A DNA stretch of 64,000 nucleotides from an uncultured Desulfarculus sp. GTDB lineage: Bacteria > Desulfobacterota > Desulfarculia > Desulfarculales > Desulfarculaceae. The position numbers and the translations under genes were made by a program. Every line of letters starts with the position of its first letter. Position 1 is the first letter of the stretch. Below the pieces are notes generated by a model. It was not told the DNA's origin and ran no database searches. It saw nothing but the letters and a program-made list of their open reading frames with translations. Of this stretch, positions 57,648-64,000 are shown piece after piece. The stretch is taken from the NCBI GenBank assembly GCA_963665125.2, contig CAXXUK010000002.1, positions 512,001-576,000 of the forward strand, written 5' to 3'.

Positions 57648-58109
57648 ATGAGTACATTTGGCTCGGTTGACGAAATTCTGGATTTTGCTATCGAAAAAGA
57701 GAAGGAAGCCGCCCGTTTCTACAGCAAGATGGCCGCTGGGATGAGTAAACCATGGATGGCCGAGGTGTTTCGCGGCTTTGCGGACCAGGAACTGAGCCAT
57801 ATCACCAAGCTGGAACAGGTCAAGGCGGGCGGCGAACTCAAACCGGTCGAGGGCAAGGTAACCGACCTGAAATTGTCCGACTATCTGATCGATGTGGATG
57901 TCGCCGACTCGCAAAAGCTCAATTACGCCGAAGCACTGACCCTGGCCATGAAAAGGGAAAAAGCCGCGTTCAAGCTCTATATGGATCTGGCCCAAGTCAC
58001 CGATGATCAACGGCTCAAGGACGCCTTTACGGCCCTGGCCCAAGAGGAAGCCAAGCATAAACTCTACATGGAAATCGAGTACGACGAAAAAATCCTCAAA
58101 GACAACTAG
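57648..58109 (+). CDS. Rubrerythrin/ferritin-like di-iron protein
   Basis: AIEKE..FY..ELSH / AMKRE..LY..EEAKH ExxH pairs; AAGGAG RBS. Confidence 0.88.
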   Translation: MSTFGSVDEILDFAIEKEKEAARFYSKMAAGMSKPWMAEVFRGFADQELSHITKLEQVKAGGELKPVEGKVTDLKLSDYLIDVDVADSQKLNYAEALTLAMKREKAAFKLYMDLAQVTDDQRLKDAFTALAQEEAKHKLYMEIEYDEKILKDN

Positions 58110-58113
58110 CCCA

Positions 58114-59470
<1,357 letters not shown>

Positions 59471-59485
59471 AAACAAGAATTGGTT

Positions 59486-60481
59486 TTAAAAATGAAAGCT
59501 GACCTTTAGCTGCGCCATCCAGCCGGGGTCGATATCGATTCGGCCCTGGTCGTCGTCGCCGTAGTTTTCGCCCTGGAACATCATCCGCTCAAACACGTAG
59601 CCGGCCGATAGTTGCAGCACGATGTTGTCCGTGGCCACGAACTCAACCCCGCCCATGCCGCGCATTTCATAGTAAAACAGCCGGTTTTCCTCCCTTGGGC
59701 GGTCGGAGAGAAAGTAGTCCTGATAGGTCCAGGCGTAGCTGGCGAATATACTCCACTGGTTGTTGAATTTCCAGGAGGCCTCGGCGTAGACGTTGCGCAG
59801 CGGAAAGTAGATGACCTTCAGGGTCAGCGGTTCAACCGGCCGCCAACTGATGAAAAACAAGGGCGCGCCGAGCATCATGCTCAGGCTTTTGTCGTCATTG
59901 GTGTATAGCCAGCCCACGCCGGGAAAGGGGATGCCCGGCAGGAAGTCGGTGATGCTGGAGTAAAAAAGGAAGAAATACATGCCGTGGTTTTTGTTGATGT
60001 CGTAACGGGCGAATGCCGCGCCGTTGTAGGCTATCTCGTCGCCGGAATTGAAAGGCTTGTCCGACGGCGAGCCGATGGCCGCGCGCACTCCGCCGACCCA
60101 CTGCTGGTTGATCTTGCGGCGGTAGCTGACGCCGATGTTGAGGTCCCACAGCTCGTCGGGGAATTTGCGGTTGACCTCGGGCAGGATCAGTTCGCTGTCC
60201 ACCAGCCGCACATCGGCGCTGAGGCCCAGGGCCAATTCGTTGCGTTGGTCTTGCCAAACCGGGGTCTGAAAGGCCAAGTCATGCTTTTGCATGGCAAAGT
60301 CATAGTCGCTGTCCTGAACCTTTTCCTCGCTCCAGAACCTGCCGGTGTACGAAGCCTCGGTTTCCATATTGCCGAACCGCGGGCTGAGCAGACGGAAAAA
60401 GGCCGAATCGGCTGCGGCGGCCGAGTTGGCAATAACCAGGCTCAAGGCGGCGAGCGTTAGGACTTTCAGGCATTTTGTCAT
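59486..60481 (-). CDS. Outer-membrane beta-barrel protein (DUF6268-like)
   Basis: Signal peptide, amphipathic aromatic-rich strands, PFPG motif, terminal Phe. Confidence 0.7.
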   Translation of the reverse strand: MTKCLKVLTLAALSLVIANSAAAADSAFFRLLSPRFGNMETEASYTGRFWSEEKVQDSDYDFAMQKHDLAFQTPVWQDQRNELALGLSADVRLVDSELILPEVNRKFPDELWDLNIGVSYRRKINQQWVGGVRAAIGSPSDKPFNSGDEIAYNGAAFARYDINKNHGMYFFLFYSSITDFLPGIPFPGVGWLYTNDDKSLSMMLGAPLFFISWRPVEPLTLKVIYFPLRNVYAEASWKFNNQWSIFASYAWTYQDYFLSDRPREENRLFYYEMRGMGGVEFVATDNIVLQLSAGYVFERMMFQGENYGDDDQGRIDIDPGWMAQLKVSFHF

Positions 60482-60531
60482 GAATCAATAAACCTTTGCT
60501 CGGGTGATCGATGAAAACCGTATCGTGTATG

Positions 60532-61353
60532 CTAGCTGGATATTTTTTTCAGCAAAGCGGAAAACATCCCAAAGGGCAAGATGCTCTTCAGGGCCCAGAA
60601 CAGTTTGGCGTCTCTGCCCGCCAGGTAGCGGAGCTTGGTGTTGTTGTCCGTGGCTGCTTTATAAATTACTTTTGCCACAACGACCGGGTCGCTCAAGAGG
60701 TTGCGCCGCGCCTCGTATTTGGCCAACCTGCCGTCAAGCGTTCGCTCATAGGATGGAACATCGCTTTTTCTGACCAGAATCGCGTTGGCGGCAAAGTTTG
60801 TATCAATTGCTCCCGGCTCCACTATCTTTACTTTTATTCCCAACGAATTCAACTCAAACCTGACAGACTCGCTGTAACCTTCCAGGGACCACTTTGCCGA
60901 AGCGTAAAAGCTGCTCAGCGGCACGCCAACACGGCCGCCCAGAGACGAGATGTTGATGATGGTCCCCCTGCCCGCTTTGCGGAAATAGGGGAGTATCTCC
61001 CGGGTGACATTCATTACGCCAAAGACATTTACGTCGAACAACGCTTGAATCTGGGCGGCGGTGGCGGCCTCGAAAGGCCCCACGAGCGTATATCCCGCGC
61101 AATTGACCAACACATCGACCTTGTTGAAAACGCCATAAGCCTGATCAATGGCATTTTTTATGCTGGCGGCATCGGTTACGTCAAGTTGGATGCAACGCAT
61201 GTTCGTGTAACTTGGCAATACCTGTTCTTTTTCAGGATGCCTCATTGTGGCAGCAACATTCCAGCCCCTGTCATGGAAATAAATGGCTGTTTCCTTGCCT
61301 ATTCCGGAAGAGCATCCCGTGATCATGACCGTGTTTTTCATTTGTTTCCCCAT
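60532..61353 (-). CDS. Short-chain dehydrogenase/reductase
   Basis: TGCSSGIG, NCAG, YASAK, VEPG; alternative start at 61341. Confidence 0.9.
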   Translation of the reverse strand: MGKQMKNTVMITGCSSGIGKETAIYFHDRGWNVAATMRHPEKEQVLPSYTNMRCIQLDVTDAASIKNAIDQAYGVFNKVDVLVNCAGYTLVGPFEAATAAQIQALFDVNVFGVMNVTREILPYFRKAGRGTIINISSLGGRVGVPLSSFYASAKWSLEGYSESVRFELNSLGIKVKIVEPGAIDTNFAANAILVRKSDVPSYERTLDGRLAKYEARRNLLSDPVVVAKVIYKAATDNNTKLRYLAGRDAKLFWALKSILPFGMFSALLKKISS

Positions 61354-61390
61354 TAGTAGTTTTACTAACTAACTATATTGATAAAATTTT

Positions 61391-61816
61391 TTAGATTTTT
61401 TTCAGTAAAGAAACAAGAGTTTCCAACTCACCGTCTTTCAATCGGGATACTATTTGTTCGGCAAATACTTTGTGCATGATGTTGTATTGATCAATTACGC
61501 CGGTGCCTTTTTGGGTAAGGCTCAGTTGGTAGCTCCTTCTGTCGTCTTGGGATTTGCTTTTGCTGACAAGGCCCATTTCGATCAGTTTGGCAACCATGAC
61601 CGTAACGGTGGGTTTGCTCAACTCCAACCTCTTGGCCAGTTCATTGAAAGTAGGCTCACCCAGTTTGTGAATGACCTCGATATATCTGAAGTTGGCCATT
61701 GACAGATTCTGGAAATCGCTTTGCTCTATTTGCTTGGCCTTCAGCTCATGCAGCTTTTCTGATACACCTTGCAGGGCTTCCATCAGTTGTTCGGCTTTGC
61801 TCATCTGCGTTTCCAT
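61391..61816 (-). CDS. MarR family transcriptional regulator
   Basis: ELAKRLELSKPTVT..L...G.V....DDRR...LTQKG winged helix. Confidence 0.9.
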   Translation of the reverse strand: METQMSKAEQLMEALQGVSEKLHELKAKQIEQSDFQNLSMANFRYIEVIHKLGEPTFNELAKRLELSKPTVTVMVAKLIEMGLVSKSKSQDDRRSYQLSLTQKGTGVIDQYNIMHKVFAEQIVSRLKDGELETLVSLLKKI

Positions 61817-61821
61817 AGGTT

Positions 61822-61838
61822 AGTTAGCAAAACTAACT
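61822..61838. promoter_or_regulatory. Candidate MarR operator palindrome
   Basis: AGTTAG-CAAAA-CTAACT, 5 nt upstream of the marR ATG; related copy at 61354-61375 before the SDR. Confidence 0.65.
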
Positions 61839-61906
61839 TATATTTTTCGCGGACGTCTGTCAATAGAAATTCCCTCCCATGAATTTCAGTGGTAACGGCT
61901 GCCGGA

Positions 61907-63199
61907 TTACCGGGCGGAATCTTTGTAAGTTTCTTTCAGGAAAAAAGCAAACCCCAGGGCCACCACCGCGGCGCCCAGGCAGAGTTGGAATATCTTGGCA
62001 TAGGCGTCGCTGCTGTAAATGGGGCATGAATCGCCGGTGCACTGCTCCAGGACAAGGCCCAAGATCGGCTGACTGACCGCGCCGCCCAGGAACGGAAAGA
62101 TGTTTACCAGACCCACCGCAGTACCGGCGATCTGGTTGGGGAACAGCTCCTTGGACGCCGCGAAACCCAGGGCCGAGGACGAGGCGCAGCTCACGGTGAT
62201 TACCAGGCAGCCCAGATAGAGCCCCCAGAGAGGCACGCCCGCCGGATCAAATGCGGGCATGACCAGCGCCGCGATCAATAGCGCCACCGTACCCACAATG
62301 ACCCATTTGCGCGAGTGCAGGCGGTCGGACAGCCAGGCCAACAGGGGGCTGCCAATGATCATGCCCAAGGCCACCAGGGATAAAACCCCGCCCGCTTCGG
62401 ATTTGGACATGCTGTGCACGTGCATCATGTAAGGTCCGGCCCACAGGCCCAGCAGGCCGAAAAAGATTACGCCGGTGAAAAAGAACCAGCCGGCTAGGGG
62501 GTAAAACTGGGCCTCGGACAGCACGAACTTCAGGCCGGCGAAGAGGCTGATTTTTTCTTCTTCGACACTTGTTTCAAACCTTTGTTCAGGCGGCGGATAG
62601 CCCTTGTCCGACGGGTCGTCCCGCACGAAGATCCAGATCATGACGGCCACGGCAAGGCTCACCCCGCCGATGATCCAGAAGCTGACCCGCCAGCCCACCA
62701 GGCCGGTGAGCCAGGCCAGAGGCTGGGATGAGGCATAGGCCCCCAGCCCGCCCATGGACAGCAGCACGCCGGTCATCATGGCGAATTGGGAATAGGGAAA
62801 CCAGCGGGTGAGGATCTTGGTGGTGGGCACGAAGACCAGGGCCACGCCCAGGCCCACCAGGACCCTGGCCGCCACGGCCGATGCGGCCGACCAGGCCGCG
62901 CCGAACAGCAGCGAGGCCACTCCGGCCAGTAAGAAGAACAAGGATACGCTCTTGCGGGGGCCCCATGAATCCGACAGCAGCCCGGCGGGGATCTGCATCA
63001 GGGCGTATGGATAAAAATAGGCCGAGGCCAAAACGCCCATCAGGGTGGGGCTGGCCTCCAAGTCATTCATCAGGTCCAGGGCCACCACGGCGGGGCACAT
63101 GCGATGGAAGAACACCAGCATGTAGCCGAGGGCCAGGATGCCAAAGACAACCCAGCGGTAGCCTACGGGCCCGTATTGGGAAGGCGAGGTGGAATGCAA
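61907..63199 (-). CDS. MFS transporter
   Basis: About 12 TM segments; GLLSDSWGPRK motif A; TTG 63199 after GGAGG. Confidence 0.88.
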   Translation of the reverse strand: MHSTSPSQYGPVGYRWVVFGILALGYMLVFFHRMCPAVVALDLMNDLEASPTLMGVLASAYFYPYALMQIPAGLLSDSWGPRKSVSLFFLLAGVASLLFGAAWSAASAVAARVLVGLGVALVFVPTTKILTRWFPYSQFAMMTGVLLSMGGLGAYASSQPLAWLTGLVGWRVSFWIIGGVSLAVAVMIWIFVRDDPSDKGYPPPEQRFETSVEEEKISLFAGLKFVLSEAQFYPLAGWFFFTGVIFFGLLGLWAGPYMMHVHSMSKSEAGGVLSLVALGMIIGSPLLAWLSDRLHSRKWVIVGTVALLIAALVMPAFDPAGVPLWGLYLGCLVITVSCASSSALGFAASKELFPNQIAGTAVGLVNIFPFLGGAVSQPILGLVLEQCTGDSCPIYSSDAYAKIFQLCLGAAVVALGFAFFLKETYKDSAR

Positions 63200-63289
63200 G
63201 ACGAACCTCCGCTTGTTTGGCCGTGGGCTAGCCGTGGGACAGATGCAAAAGCTTATCGCGGACCAATGCAAAAGCAAACAATGTTTTGC

Positions 63290-64000
63290 CTAGTCGGAAA
63301 CGCGGACCTGATTCTTGCCGTTTTGTTTGGCCGCGTACAGGGCTTCGTCGGCCCGGGCAAAAAGGTCCTGCATGCTTTCGTGGGGCCTCGCCTGGGCCAC
63401 GCCGATGGATACGGTGATATTCACCTTTTGTCCGGCCAGGGTCTCGAAGGAGCTTTGCTCCAGTTTGCCGCGGATGCGCTGGGCCACCTGGGTGGCCTGG
63501 TCTGCGTCGGCGTCCGGCAACAGCAGCAGAAATTCCTCGCCGCCGAAACGGCAGGGCGTGTCATCGGCCCTGGCGCAACCTTGCATGATCTCCGCCAGCA
63601 GCCTCAGGGCCTTGTCGCCTTCACTGTGGCCATAGGTGTCGTTGACCTTTTTAAATTCGTCCAGGTCCAAGACCAAGAGCGAAAGCGGCTGGTTGGCGTT
63701 GTCGGCATGGGTGAGGCCGTTGCTGAACCGCTGGTCAAAAAGGCGCCTATTTGGCAGGCCGGTAAGCTGGTCGGTCATGCTGGCCTGTTGATAGTTGCGG
63801 CGGCTGCGGTCCAAGGCCCTGTTTTCGCTTTCCAACGATCTGATGCGGTCGGCCAAAGCCAGGGAAAGAAGCATGGCTTCCAAGGCAGGCGCCAGACAAA
63901 AAACAACGTCGCCGGGAAATTCAGGTGGTAAAAGGCCCATCAGCCATAGGATGTAGGGGACCACCCCCATAAGAAATACGAGGTAAGCCAGGGTTAAGTA
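63290..64000 (-). CDS. Membrane-bound diguanylate cyclase (5' end outside the window; 7TM-DISM-like linker)
   Basis: LSLALADRI linker, DQLTGLPNRR, DLDEFK.VND.YGH, RxxD I-site (RADD), RFGGEEF. Confidence 0.9.
   Translation of the reverse strand, partial: YLTLAYLVFLMGVVPYILWLMGLLPPEFPGDVVFCLAPALEAMLLSLALADRIRSLESENRALDRSRRNYQQASMTDQLTGLPNRRLFDQRFSNGLTHADNANQPLSLLVLDLDEFKKVNDTYGHSEGDKALRLLAEIMQGCARADDTPCRFGGEEFLLLLPDADADQATQVAQRIRGKLEQSSFETLAGQKVNITVSIGVAQARPHESMQDLFARADEALYAAKQNGKNQVRVSD

Overview
GC-rich chromosomal window from an anaerobic bacterium. The gene content (HdrA/MvhD/HdrD, DUF3786, CGGC protein, sigma-54 activators, a selenoprotein) points to a sulfate-reducing deltaproteobacterium; this is inference. 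I call about 50 CDS. They include a TetR/cupin/lactonase-fold unit, a CoA-disulfide reductase, Trk/Ktr K+ uptake, a repeat-rich autotransporter, a cytoplasmic [NiFe]-hydrogenase pair, a glycosylation module, a sigma-54-driven CoA-transferase/SDR operon, aroF, a korDABC-hdrL-mvhD-hdrD-hdrA(Sec)/mvhD redox operon, motAB, signalling genes, a metal ABC transporter, an MCP and a MarR/SDR islet. Signals the ORF track misses: (1) a four-segment ribosome-dependent attenuator before aroF whose leader peptide has five consecutive Tyr codons; (2) a modular multi-hairpin repeat family with compensatory base changes at two convergent intergenic sites (42.1-42.6 kb and 58.1-59.5 kb); (3) an in-frame UGA plus SECIS hairpin joining two ORFs into one HdrA-MvhD selenoprotein; (4) a Cys-rich ribbon-helix-helix regulator with its own palindromic operator heading a Zn/Mn ABC operon; (5) a hydrogenase large subunit with no C-terminal maturation extension. 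The 947-nt poly-G tract is almost certainly a sequencing or assembly artefact inside one repeat hairpin. I saw no CRISPR array, tRNA, rRNA or transposase.
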